From: an uncultured Microthrixaceae bacterium
GTDB lineage: Bacteria > Actinomycetota > Acidimicrobiia > Acidimicrobiales > DATDAH01
Direction of reading: 5' to 3'
DNA: 64,000 nucleotides
Assembly (NCBI GenBank): GCA_964470715.1
Contig: CAYYDZ010000002.1
Location: 591-64,590, forward strand
A program made the position numbers and the translations under genes. Below, piece by piece: positions 33,584 to 42,336 of the stretch; position 1 is the stretch's first letter, and each line of letters starts with the position of its first letter. The notes under the pieces were generated by a model, which searched no databases, was not told the origin of the DNA, and saw nothing but the letters and a program-made list of their open reading frames with translations.

Positions 33584-34603
33584 GTGGGACACTCCGACAT
33601 GGCCCGCCGCCTGCTCACGGTCCCGGCGCTGTTCTCGGCATGGGGGGCGAGTCTCGTCATCGCGCTTCCCGCTGCCATGGCGGCGGCGATCCTCGATGTG
33701 GTGCGCCGGTCCCGTGGTTGGCCCACCCCGCGACTCGTCGCGTTCGCGGTCGCGTACCTCACGTACGAGGTCCTCGGCGTGGCCGGCGCGACCTGGCTGT
33801 GGTGCACGCGGGCCGTTCGGCCGGAGCGCTGGGAAGAGCGCAACCGCCGCCTCCAGTTGTGGTGGACGGCGAGCCTCATCCGGGCCGCCCGACCGGTGCT
33901 GGGGCTGCGCCTCGAGGTCGAACACCACGGTGAGCCCTCAGCGGGGCCGCTCGTGGTCGCGAGCCGCCACGTGAGCATCGTCGACTCGCTCCTGCCCGCC
34001 CATGTCCTGGGGGTGCGAGGCGGAATGCGCCTCCGGTACGTCCTCACGAGCGGCCTGCGCCTCGACCCTTGCCTCGACATCGTGGGTCACCGGCTCCCCA
34101 ACCACTTCGTGGATCGGGGGACGGCCGACTCGGGCGCAGAGATCACCGCCCTCGAGCACCTGGCGGAGGACATGGTGCCGGGCGACGCCGTCGTGATCTT
34201 CCCGGAGGGCGGTCTCTTCTCGCCGGCACGCCGAGATCGGGCCGAGGCCCGCCTCGCTGAGCGTGGGTCTTCTCGCGTGGAGGTGGCCAGGGCGCTGCAG
34301 CGGCTCCTGCCTCCTCGCCCGGCCGGGACGCTCGCCCTCCTGCGGGCGGCACCCACGGCAGACGTCGTGGTCGTCGGCCACCGCGGTTTCGAGCCGCTGG
34401 CGTCGATCGTGGGCCTGTGGCGGGCACTGCCGCTCGCCGATCCGGTGCAGCTGCGGGTGGTTCACCATCCGCGTGCGTCTGTTCCTCTCGACGAGGTCTC
34501 CCAGGTGGCGTGGCTGGATGAGCAGTGGCTGGCGATGGACCGGTGGCTGTGCGCGGTGGCAGACGCCCGGGTTGCGTGCGCCGCCCAACCGACGGCGGCG
34601 TGA
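33584..34603 (+). CDS. Lysophospholipid / 1-acyl-glycerol-3-phosphate acyltransferase-family protein (PlsC-like)
   Basis: ORF 33584..34603. N-terminal TM segments, an HX4D acyltransferase motif (SRHVSIVDS) and VVIFPEGG. The start could be the GTG at 33584 or the ATG at 33599. Confidence 0.75.
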   Translation: MGHSDMARRLLTVPALFSAWGASLVIALPAAMAAAILDVVRRSRGWPTPRLVAFAVAYLTYEVLGVAGATWLWCTRAVRPERWEERNRRLQLWWTASLIRAARPVLGLRLEVEHHGEPSAGPLVVASRHVSIVDSLLPAHVLGVRGGMRLRYVLTSGLRLDPCLDIVGHRLPNHFVDRGTADSGAEITALEHLAEDMVPGDAVVIFPEGGLFSPARRDRAEARLAERGSSRVEVARALQRLLPPRPAGTLALLRAAPTADVVVVGHRGFEPLASIVGLWRALPLADPVQLRVVHHPRASVPLDEVSQVAWLDEQWLAMDRWLCAVADARVACAAQPTAA

Positions 34604-34653
34604 CGAGACCGCCCGCGGAGTACCGTCGCGATCGTTCCGGCACGGGAGGCGAC

Positions 34654-35082
34654 ATGAACGGACCGATCATCGTGGGTACCGACGGTTCGGCGCGGGCGCG
34701 CCAGGCGGTCGATGCGGCCATCGAGATGGCCGTCGCCTTCGGCGCCGACCTGGTGATCGTGGAGGCGTACCAGCCCACCACCCGGCTGCCGAAGGACCTG
34801 CCGGCCGAGCTCGCCGACGTCGTGACACCGATGAGCAGCATCGAGCACACGCTCGACGAAGCGCTGGCGAACGCTCAGGAGGCGGGCGCCCGGGCCACCG
34901 TCCGCTCCATCGCGGGGGACCCGGCCGACGTGTTGTTGGGTGTCGCCGAGGAGCTCGATGCGGCCGTCATCGTCGTGGGCAACAAGGGCATCGGATCACT
35001 CAAGCGCTTCGTGCTGGGCAACGTCCCGTCGAAGGTCGTGCACCACGCACCCTGCTCGATCTTCATCGTCCACACCACCTGA
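34654..35082 (+). CDS. Universal stress protein (UspA family)
   Basis: Part of ORF 34525..35082. The ATG at 34654 is preceded by GGGAGG. Motifs: MNGPIIVGTDGSARARQAVD..., VIVVGNKGIGSLKRFVLGNVPSKVVHHAPCSIFIV. Confidence 0.85.
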   Translation: MNGPIIVGTDGSARARQAVDAAIEMAVAFGADLVIVEAYQPTTRLPKDLPAELADVVTPMSSIEHTLDEALANAQEAGARATVRSIAGDPADVLLGVAEELDAAVIVVGNKGIGSLKRFVLGNVPSKVVHHAPCSIFIVHTT

Positions 35083-35131
35083 CGCCCCGCCACGGCCACC
35101 GGGTGGGGCGGGGCCGGCGCGCGACACTCGG

Positions 35132-36226
35132 GTGGTGGATCCCCCGGAGGACGAGGCTGCCGCGCTCGATCGCATCAACGCCTTCCGACGTCGGCGGCCG
35201 CGATTCGACGACGTGGTCATCACGTCCTCCCATGGTGCCGGAGGTCGGGCGTCCGCGGCGCTGATCGACGCGGTCTTCCTCGAGGCGTTGGGTCGAGGTG
35301 TCGACGGCGCAGACGTCGCACTCACCGACGCCGCGGTGATCGACCTGCCGCCGGGTGAGCGAGTTGCCTTCACCACCGACTCCTACGTGGTGACCCCGCG
35401 ACGCTTCCCCGGCGGCTCCATCGGTCACCTCGCGGTGCACGGGACGGTGAACGACCTGGCGATGGTCGGCGCCAGGCCTCTCGCGTTGTCGCTCGCCGTC
35501 GTACTCGAGGAGGGCTTCCCCGTCGATGAACTCCGCGCCATCGTGGCCGACATCGCCGGGGCTGCCGCCGAGGCCGGCGTGCGCGTCGTCACGGGCGACA
35601 CCAAGGTGGTGGAGCGCGGCGCGGCCGATGGCATCTGGCTCACGACCGCTGGCGTGGGCGCGGTCCCGGCCGGCCGCGAGGTCGGTGCCGGCCGGGTGCG
35701 GCCGGGTGACCGCCTCCTGTTGTCGGGCACGTTGGCGGACCACGGCATGGCAGTGATGTTGGCCCGTGGGGACCTGGCCCTCGACGCCGACATCGCCTCA
35801 GACACCGCCGCCGTGCACGGCGTCGCCGAGGCCTTGTGGACTGCTGCGCCCGGGTTGCGCTGGTTGCGCGATCCGACCCGTGGCGGCCTGGCCGCGCTGG
35901 CCAACGATCTCGCCGCCGACGCCGGCGTCGCCGTGGTGCTGGACGAGGGGGCGCTGCCGGTACGCCCTGCAGTGGCGGGCGCTTGTGATCTCCTCGGCAT
36001 CGACCCGCTCTACGTGGCCAACGAGGGCAAGCTCGTCGCCGTGGTCCCGCCGGACGAGGCGGAGGCTGCCCTGGCTGCGGTCCGGGCGCACCCGCTGGGG
36101 GGCGACGCCGCACTGGTGGGGGAGGTCCACGCCGAGCCCGCCGGCCTCGTGGTCCTGGCCACCACCTTCGGCAGCACCCGCATCGTCGATGTCCTCGTGG
36201 GCGATCCGCTCCCGAGGATCTGCTGA
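35132..36226 (+). CDS. hypE: Hydrogenase maturation protein HypE (carbamoyl dehydratase)
   Basis: Part of ORF 34940..36226. Motifs: SHGAGG, FTTDSYVV, GTVNDLAMVGARP, VTGDTKVV, and the diagnostic C-terminus DPLPRIC. The start is the GTG at 35132 or 35135. Confidence 0.9.
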   Translation: MVDPPEDEAAALDRINAFRRRRPRFDDVVITSSHGAGGRASAALIDAVFLEALGRGVDGADVALTDAAVIDLPPGERVAFTTDSYVVTPRRFPGGSIGHLAVHGTVNDLAMVGARPLALSLAVVLEEGFPVDELRAIVADIAGAAAEAGVRVVTGDTKVVERGAADGIWLTTAGVGAVPAGREVGAGRVRPGDRLLLSGTLADHGMAVMLARGDLALDADIASDTAAVHGVAEALWTAAPGLRWLRDPTRGGLAALANDLAADAGVAVVLDEGALPVRPAVAGACDLLGIDPLYVANEGKLVAVVPPDEAEAALAAVRAHPLGGDAALVGEVHAEPAGLVVLATTFGSTRIVDVLVGDPLPRIC

Positions 36227-36227
36227 C

Positions 36228-38570
36228 GTGCCGGCCGGCCCTGCGGAAGAGCGCCGCCAGATCCGGGTCGGCGGCATCGTCCAAGGGGTGGGCCTGCGGC
36301 CCTTCGTGCACCGCAAGGCCACCGCGCTCGGCCTGAGCGGCGCGGTCGCCAACGACGAGCACGGCGTCGTCATCGACGTGCAGGGATCGGTGCCGGCCCT
36401 CGACGAGTTGCAGCGTTGTCTCACCGTGGCGCCACCGCCCCGGGCCCGGGTCATCTCGGTGGTGGTGACCACGCTCGTCCCTCGGTCAGAGGTGGCCGGG
36501 TTCACCATCGAGGCATCCCGTGCCGGGTCGCCGGGGTCGGCACCGGTCCGGGTGGGAGCCGACCTCGGGGTCTGCGACCCGTGCCTGGTGGAGGTGTTCG
36601 ACCCGGCCGACCGCCGGTATCGCTACCCGTTCACCAACTGCACCAACTGCGGTCCGAGGTACTCGATCGTGCGCCGGGTCCCCTACGACCGGGCCCGCAC
36701 GACCATGGCGGGGTTCACGATGTGCTCCGCCTGCCAGCAGGAGTACGACGATCCCACGGACCGTCGCTTCCACGCGCAGCCCAACGCCTGCCCGGCCTGC
36801 GGCCCGACGCTCGCGTACGAGCGTCCCGGGGTGGGGGCACCGGCGCTCGGCGACGAGGCGTTGGTGCTCGCCGCCGCCGCGCTGCGGGGCGGCGGCATCG
36901 TCGCGGTCAAGGGCATCGGCGGCTACCACCTGGCCGTCCTCGCCGACGACGACGAGGCCGTGGCGACCCTCCGTCGGCGCAAGCACCGGGACGAAAAGCC
37001 CTTCGCGGTCCTGGTGCGCGACGAAGAGGAGGCCGGCGGGTTCGCCGAGGTCGACGAGGCGGCGGCCGACGCGCTGGCGTCGTGGCGCGCGCCGGTCGTG
37101 CTCTGCCCGCGTCGGCGCGAGGCGAAGGTGGCCGCGGCCGTGGCGCCTGACCTTCCCGAGTTGGGGCTCGTGCTGGCGTACACACCGCTGCACCACCTGC
37201 TGCTCGCCGAGGTGGGACGACCCCTGGTGCTGACCAGCGCCAACGTCACCGATGAACCCATCGCGCACCGCGACGACGACGCCCGTGCCCGCCTGGCGCC
37301 GCTGGCGGACGGTCTGCTCACCCACGACCGTGGCATCCACGTGGCCTGCGAGGACTCGGTGGTGCGCTCGACCGGTGGTGGCCTGCAGGTCCTCCGTCGC
37401 GGTCGGGGGTACGCCCCCGAGCCCCTGCGCCTGCCCCTCGCCGCCGACCCGCACCCGCCCGTCCTGGCCGTCGGCGCCGAGCTCAAGAGCACGATCTCGG
37501 TGGCGCGCCGGGGCGAGGTGGTCACCAGCCCCCACCTGGGGGACCTCGAGCACCCGGCGGCGTACACCGCTTTCGTGGCGACGGCGACCCACCTCTGCGA
37601 CCTGTTCGCGGTGCGGCCCGCCGTGCTGGTGCACGACGCCCATCCGGAGTACCTGAGCACGAAGTGGGCCCGCGACACCGAGCTGCCCACCCTGGCCGTC
37701 CAGCACCACCACGCCCACGTCGCGTCCTGCCTCGTGGACCACGGGCGCGCCGGGCCGGTCATCGGCCTGGCCTTCGACGGCCTCGGCTACGGGGACGATG
37801 GCACCTTGTGGGGCGGCGAGGTCCTCGTGGCCGATCTGGTCGACTCGCAGCGCCTCGCCCACCTGCGACCGGTGGTGCTGCCCGGCGGCGCGGCGGCCAT
37901 CCGCGAGCCGTGGCGCATGGCGGTGGCGTGGGCGGCGGCGGCCGTCGATGCCCCGACCGCCCGCGCCGTCGCCCAGGCGCTCGACCCCCGGGGTGCGTCC
38001 CTGCTCGGCCTCGTCGAGCGCGCCGATCCACCTGGCGGGCCCGTCACCACCAGCGTCGGCCGTCTTCTCGACGCCGTGGCCGCCCTCGTCGGCGGCCGGC
38101 GCGCGGTCACCTACGAGGGACAGGCCGCCGTCGAGCTCGAGGCGATGGCGCGCCGTGTCCCCCGGTCCGGCGCACCCCGGTACCCCGTGGTCGTCGACGA
38201 TCCGGGGGAGGGGCGACCCCTCGTGCTCGACCCGCGTCCGATGGTGGCCGAGGTGGTCGCCGCCCGTGCTGCAGGGGTGGACGCGGCCGTGATCGCCGCC
38301 GGCGTGCACGAGGGACTGGGGCGCGCCGCGGGCCGGCTCGCCGCCGACCTCGCGGCCCGCCATGGGGTATCGGCCGTCGCCCTGACCGGTGGGGTGTTCC
38401 AGAACGTCCGTCTCACCGAGGTCGTCGCCGACCAGGTCGCGGCCGCCGGCCTCGAGGTTCTGTGCCACCGGAGCATCCCCCCGAACGACGGCGGCATCAG
38501 CGTGGGGCAGGCGGCCGTCGCCGTGGCGCGCTCCGGGCCGCTACCGTCGGCCACGAGCGTCGCGAGGTGA
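36228..38570 (+). CDS. hypF: Carbamoyltransferase HypF
   Basis: Part of ORF 35766..38570, with the GTG at 36228 one nt after the hypE TGA. It has an acylphosphatase-like N-terminus (VQGVGLRPFV), two Zn-finger pairs (CDPCL...CTNCGPRYSI; CSACQQEY...CPACGP), and YrdC-like and Kae1-like domains. Confidence 0.9.
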   Translation: MPAGPAEERRQIRVGGIVQGVGLRPFVHRKATALGLSGAVANDEHGVVIDVQGSVPALDELQRCLTVAPPPRARVISVVVTTLVPRSEVAGFTIEASRAGSPGSAPVRVGADLGVCDPCLVEVFDPADRRYRYPFTNCTNCGPRYSIVRRVPYDRARTTMAGFTMCSACQQEYDDPTDRRFHAQPNACPACGPTLAYERPGVGAPALGDEALVLAAAALRGGGIVAVKGIGGYHLAVLADDDEAVATLRRRKHRDEKPFAVLVRDEEEAGGFAEVDEAAADALASWRAPVVLCPRRREAKVAAAVAPDLPELGLVLAYTPLHHLLLAEVGRPLVLTSANVTDEPIAHRDDDARARLAPLADGLLTHDRGIHVACEDSVVRSTGGGLQVLRRGRGYAPEPLRLPLAADPHPPVLAVGAELKSTISVARRGEVVTSPHLGDLEHPAAYTAFVATATHLCDLFAVRPAVLVHDAHPEYLSTKWARDTELPTLAVQHHHAHVASCLVDHGRAGPVIGLAFDGLGYGDDGTLWGGEVLVADLVDSQRLAHLRPVVLPGGAAAIREPWRMAVAWAAAAVDAPTARAVAQALDPRGASLLGLVERADPPGGPVTTSVGRLLDAVAALVGGRRAVTYEGQAAVELEAMARRVPRSGAPRYPVVVDDPGEGRPLVLDPRPMVAEVVAARAAGVDAAVIAAGVHEGLGRAAGRLAADLAARHGVSAVALTGGVFQNVRLTEVVADQVAAAGLEVLCHRSIPPNDGGISVGQAAVAVARSGPLPSATSVAR

Positions 38571-38577
38571 ACCCAGC

Positions 38578-38871
38578 ATGTGTCTCGGAATCCCCGGCCA
38601 GATCGTAGAGGTCGGCGCGGACCGGCCCGACCTGGCCACGGTCGACATCGCCGGCGTGCGCCGCGAGATCGACGTGAGCCTGCTCCTCGACGAGCCCGTG
38701 GCGGCGGGGGACTGGGTGCTCGTCCACGTCGGGTTCGCGCTCTCCCGCATCGACGCCGAGGAGGCGGTACGCGAGCGCGAGCGGGTGGCGGGCTTGGGCG
38801 CCGCCTACGACGACGAGGTGGCGGTCCTCCGCCAGTCGGCCGGCGCGCCCGGCGAGCAGGGGCCGACGTGA
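38578..38871 (+). CDS. hypC: Hydrogenase assembly chaperone HypC/HupF
   Basis: The ATG at 38578 gives the diagnostic N-terminus MCLGIPGQIVEV. 97 aa. Confidence 0.9.
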   Translation: MCLGIPGQIVEVGADRPDLATVDIAGVRREIDVSLLLDEPVAAGDWVLVHVGFALSRIDAEEAVRERERVAGLGAAYDDEVAVLRQSAGAPGEQGPT

Positions 38872-39998
38872 CCTTCGTCGACGAGTACCGCGACCCCGCA
38901 GCGGCCCGTGCCGTGGTGGCGACCATCGAGGAGCTGGCCGGCGAGGAGCGGGTGCGGTTCATGGAGGTGTGCGGTGGCCACACCCACACCATCTACCGCC
39001 ACGGCATCGAGCACCTGTTGCCGGATACCGTCGAGCTGGTGCACGGGCCGGGCTGCCCGGTGTGCGTGATCCCGATGGGACGCGTGGACGATGCCGTGGC
39101 CCTGGCCGAGACGCCCGGCGTGCTGTTCACGAGCTTCGGGGACATGCTGCGCGTCCCGGGCTCGACGGGGAGCCTCCTCGAAGCGAGGGCCCGTGGTGCC
39201 GACGTGCGCATGGTGTACTCGCCCCTGGACGCCCTCCAGCTGGCGGTCGACCACCCCGATCGGGAGGTGGTGTTCTTCGCCGTCGGCTTCGAGACGACCG
39301 CGCCGTCGACGGCCCGGACGGTGGTGCGGGCGCGCGACGAGGGCGTGGCCAACTTCTCGGTGTTCTGCAACCACGTGACCATCGTCCCGCCGCTGCGGGC
39401 CATCCTGGACAGCCCCGACCTCGACCTCGACGGGTTCCTGGGACCGGGCCACGTGTCGACCGTCGTGGGGACCGACCTGTACCGCTTCGTGGCCGAGGAG
39501 TACCACCTGCCCCTCGTGGTCGCCGGCTTCGAGCCCCTCGACGTCTTGAGTGCCATCGCCCTGTTGCTCGCCCAGCGCCGGGAGGGCCGTTGCGAGGTCG
39601 AGAACGAGTACGGGCGGGTCGTGCGCGCCGGCGGCAACCCGGTGGCGCTCGCGCTCCTCGACGAGGTCTTCACCCTGCGCCCCTCGTTCGAGTGGCGGGG
39701 CCTGGGTTCCCTCGCCGACAGCGCCCTGACCCTGCGACCCGAGCTGGCGGCGTGGGACGCCGAGGCGCGCTTCGCGCTGCCCGGCGCCCGCGCGGCCGAT
39801 CCGCGGGCCTGCCAGTGCGGCGAGGTCCTGCGGGGGGCGTTGAAGCCCTGGGAGTGCAAGGTGTTCGGCACCGCCTGCACCCCGGAGACCCCGATCGGCA
39901 CGTGCATGGTGTCGTCCGAAGGCGCCTGCGCCGCCTACTACAACTACGGCCGCCTCCACCGTGACGTCGCCATCAGCCTGGGGCGCCGGGGTGCATGA
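38868..39998 (+). CDS. hypD: Hydrogenase maturation protein HypD
   Basis: The GTG at 38868 overlaps the hypC TGA (GTGA). Motifs: VTFVDEYRD, MEVCGGHTH, GPGCPVCV, FETTAP, and a C-terminal Cys cluster. Confidence 0.9.
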   Translation: MTFVDEYRDPAAARAVVATIEELAGEERVRFMEVCGGHTHTIYRHGIEHLLPDTVELVHGPGCPVCVIPMGRVDDAVALAETPGVLFTSFGDMLRVPGSTGSLLEARARGADVRMVYSPLDALQLAVDHPDREVVFFAVGFETTAPSTARTVVRARDEGVANFSVFCNHVTIVPPLRAILDSPDLDLDGFLGPGHVSTVVGTDLYRFVAEEYHLPLVVAGFEPLDVLSAIALLLAQRREGRCEVENEYGRVVRAGGNPVALALLDEVFTLRPSFEWRGLGSLADSALTLRPELAAWDAEARFALPGARAADPRACQCGEVLRGALKPWECKVFGTACTPETPIGTCMVSSEGACAAYYNYGRLHRDVAISLGRRGA

Positions 39999-40335
39999 AC
40001 TGGCCCTCTGCCGGTCGGTCGTCGCCGCGGCGCGTCGCCACGCCGAAGGTCGGCCGGTGACGCAGGTGGCCCTGCGGGTGGGGCACCTCCGTCAGGTCGT
40101 GCCCGAGGCCATGGACCTCGCCTGGACGGCCCTCACCGACGGCACCGAGCTCGAGGGCGCGACCCTGGTCGTCGAGGCGGTCCCTGCCGTCGTCCACTGC
40201 AGGGACTGTGGCGCCGACACCGAACTGGAGTGGCCCGTGCTCGCCTGTGGGGCCTGTGGCGGCCGCGGCGTCGATCTCGTCTCCGGCGAGGAGTTGCTGG
40301 TGGCCTCGATCGACGTGCGCGACGGGGCGGCGTGA
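39991..40335 (+). CDS. hypA: Hydrogenase nickel-insertion protein HypA
   Basis: Part of ORF 39961..40335. The GTG at 39991 gives VHELALCRSVV (family N-terminus MHE-type) and an 8-nt overlap with hypD. Zn site: CRDCG...CGACGG. Confidence 0.85.
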   Translation: MHELALCRSVVAAARRHAEGRPVTQVALRVGHLRQVVPEAMDLAWTALTDGTELEGATLVVEAVPAVVHCRDCGADTELEWPVLACGACGGRGVDLVSGEELLVASIDVRDGAA

Positions 40336-41129
40336 TGGGCCGCTTCCACCACCACGGCGACGGCACCGTGCACGACCACGACCACGACCACGATGGCCAC
40401 GATCACGACCACGGGGCTCGTGACGTCGGCGACCACACCGGCTACGGCGCCGGCGCCACGGTGCGGGTCGAGGTGCTCGAGGACCTCCTCGCCGAGAACG
40501 ACCGGGTCGCGGCGGCCAACCGGGCGGCCTTCGCCGCTGCCGGGGTCCGCGTCGTCAACCTGATGTCGTCGCCCGGGGCGGGCAAGACCACGTTGTTGAA
40601 GCGCACGCTCGAGCACCTCGCCGAACGCACGCGCATCGGCATCCTCGAAGGCGACATCGCCACCAGCCTCGATGCCGACGACCTCGGCGGTCGAGGCGCG
40701 GCGGTCGCACTGGTGAACACCAGCGCCGGCTTCGGTGGTGAGTGCCACCTCGACGCGGTGATGGTGCGCTCGGGGCTCGCCCGTCTACCCCTCGACGAGC
40801 TCGATCTGCTCGTGATCGAGAACGTCGGCAACCTCGTGTGCCCCGCCGAGTTCGACGTCGGCGAGCACGTCAAGGCGATGGTGTACTCCTTGACCGAGGG
40901 CGAGGAGAAGCCGCTCAAGTACCCGGTCATGTTCCGAGCCGTCGACCTCGTCGTCATGAACAAGGTGGACCTCCTGCCGCACCTGGACGTGGACGTCGAT
41001 GCCTTCCTGGCCAACCTGCACGACGTGAACCCCCAGGTCGAGGTCATCGAGGTCTCCGCCCGGACCGGCGAGGGCGTGGCGGCGTGGTGCGACTGGCTCG
41101 TGGGTGTCGGTGACCCCTCGCGCCCATGA
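40335..41129 (+). CDS. hypB: Hydrogenase nickel-incorporation GTPase HypB with a His/Asp-rich N-terminus
   Basis: Part of ORF 40230..41129. The ATG at 40335 shares one nt with the hypA TGA (TGATG). Motifs: MGRFHHHGDGTVHDHDHDHDGHDHDHG, P-loop SSPGAGKTTLL, ENVGNLVCP, NKVDLL. Confidence 0.9.
   Translation: MGRFHHHGDGTVHDHDHDHDGHDHDHGARDVGDHTGYGAGATVRVEVLEDLLAENDRVAAANRAAFAAAGVRVVNLMSSPGAGKTTLLKRTLEHLAERTRIGILEGDIATSLDADDLGGRGAAVALVNTSAGFGGECHLDAVMVRSGLARLPLDELDLLVIENVGNLVCPAEFDVGEHVKAMVYSLTEGEEKPLKYPVMFRAVDLVVMNKVDLLPHLDVDVDAFLANLHDVNPQVEVIEVSARTGEGVAAWCDWLVGVGDPSRP
40344..40412 (+). repeat. His/Asp-coding short tandem repeats (CACGAC-type units) in hypB
   Basis: The sequence ttccaccaccac...cacgaccacgaccacgaccacgatggccacgatcacgaccac encodes HHH...HDHDHDHDGHDHDH. 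This is a metal-binding tract, not a CRISPR-like array. Confidence 0.85.
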
Positions 41130-41133
41130 TCTG

Positions 41134-41158
41134 GCAGAGCTGCTGACAGCTTCTGCCC
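41134..41158 (+). terminator. Possible intrinsic terminator hairpin after hypB (no U-tract)
   Basis: GGCAGAGCTG-ctga-CAGCtTCTGCC forms a 10-bp stem with a one-nt bulge and a 4-nt loop, 5 nt after the hypB stop. It lies in a convergent spacer. Confidence 0.3.
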
Positions 41159-41290
41159 TCCGTCTGGAGCGGCGATGAAAGGAGCTGATCCTGCGGCCCC
41201 TCATCGATCGCCTGCAGGCCTCCTTCGGCGGCTGACGCCGCGACGACCAGCCGCCCACCGGTGCTTCCTTCGTCTCGACCCGAACACGGG

Positions 41291-41788
41291 TCAGGGACCA
41301 GGCAGCGACGCGATGTGGTGCTCGATCAGGCGTCCCGCCTCGATGACGAGCAAACCGTAGCTCCGGTGCGGCGCCCGCCGGCGCTCGGTGCAGCTGCCGG
41401 GGTTGAAGAGGCGTTGGCCCTCGAGCCCCTCCTCGTCGAGAGGCTGGTGGGAGTGGCCGAACACGACCACGTCGGCGTCCGGAAAGCGCCGTCGCATCCG
41501 AGCGGCGCGTCCCTTGGTCGGACCGGAGTCGTGCACGAGCCCGATGCGCACACCGGCCAGCTCCACCTGGTCGATCTCGGGCAGTCGGGCTTCGAGGCCG
41601 GCGTCGTTGTTGCCGAGGACCGCTCGGAGCGGGGCCCGGTCGGCCAGGTCGTCGAGCAGGGAGGCCGTCATCACGTCGCCGGCGTGGAGGATGAGGTGGG
41701 CCCGGTCGGCGACATCCCACACCTCGGCGGGCAGGTCGCGTCGGCGATCCGCGCGCACGTGGGTGTCGGCGAGGACGAGGACCTCCAC
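41291..41788 (-). CDS. Metallophosphoesterase (YfcE/MJ0936-like)
   Basis: C-terminal 165 codons of ORF 41291..42040, starting at the GTG at 41788. Motifs: VEVLVLADTHV, ILHAGD, GNND, GHSH, NPGS. Confidence 0.8.
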   Translation of the reverse strand: MEVLVLADTHVRADRRRDLPAEVWDVADRAHLILHAGDVMTASLLDDLADRAPLRAVLGNNDAGLEARLPEIDQVELAGVRIGLVHDSGPTKGRAARMRRRFPDADVVVFGHSHQPLDEEGLEGQRLFNPGSCTERRRAPHRSYGLLVIEAGRLIEHHIASLPGP

Positions 41789-41799
41789 GAGCGTCCCGG

Positions 41800-42285
41800 T
41801 CAGGCCGGCGTCAGTGCACCGCTGTGCACGTCGAAGATGAACCCACCGACCTCGAGGTCGGACGGCAGCAGCGGGCACCCACGGATGCGGGCGAGGTCGT
41901 CGGACAGGGTGGTGCGCTGATCGGTGCTGGCCAGGAACTCCCAGTCGGAGGCGTCGGATTCGCGCAGGCCTCCGATGGTCTCCCGCAGCTGCTCGTCGGT
42001 CGACCCGACCATGGCGCACTCGGTGTGGGCCACCACGCACACCCGCCGCACGCCGAGCAGGTTGGCCGCCAGCACGAGCGACCGCAGCGCGTCGTCGGTC
42101 ACCCGGGCGCCGGCGTTGCGGATGATCTTGGCGTCGCCGGCCTGCAGTCCGAGCATGCGCAGCGGGTCGATGCGCGAGTCGATGCAGGTGATCACGGCGA
42201 GCTCCCGGGCGGCCCGCCCGGCCATGCCCGTGTCTCGGAACTCTTCCTGGTACCGGCGGTTGGCCTCGAGCAGGTCATCGAACAT
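41800..42285 (-). CDS. Beta-class carbonic anhydrase
   Basis: ORF 41800..42285. Motifs: VITCIDSRIDP (Cys-x-Asp-x-Arg) and VVAHTECAM (His-x-x-Cys). Confidence 0.85.
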   Translation of the reverse strand: MFDDLLEANRRYQEEFRDTGMAGRAARELAVITCIDSRIDPLRMLGLQAGDAKIIRNAGARVTDDALRSLVLAANLLGVRRVCVVAHTECAMVGSTDEQLRETIGGLRESDASDWEFLASTDQRTTLSDDLARIRGCPLLPSDLEVGGFIFDVHSGALTPA

Positions 42286-42336
42286 TGACGAAGAACATAT
42301 CGTGTGTTCGGCGCGGTGCAGGAACGCAGCTGCTCC

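Noticed and set aside
41175-41360. 61-aa ORF starting ATGAAAGGAGC in the hypB/phosphoesterase spacer
   Set aside because: Third-position G/C is poor (aaa, gga, gct, gat, cct, cat, cga...). It overlaps the 3' end of the phosphoesterase gene. The AAGGAG is more likely part of a hairpin.
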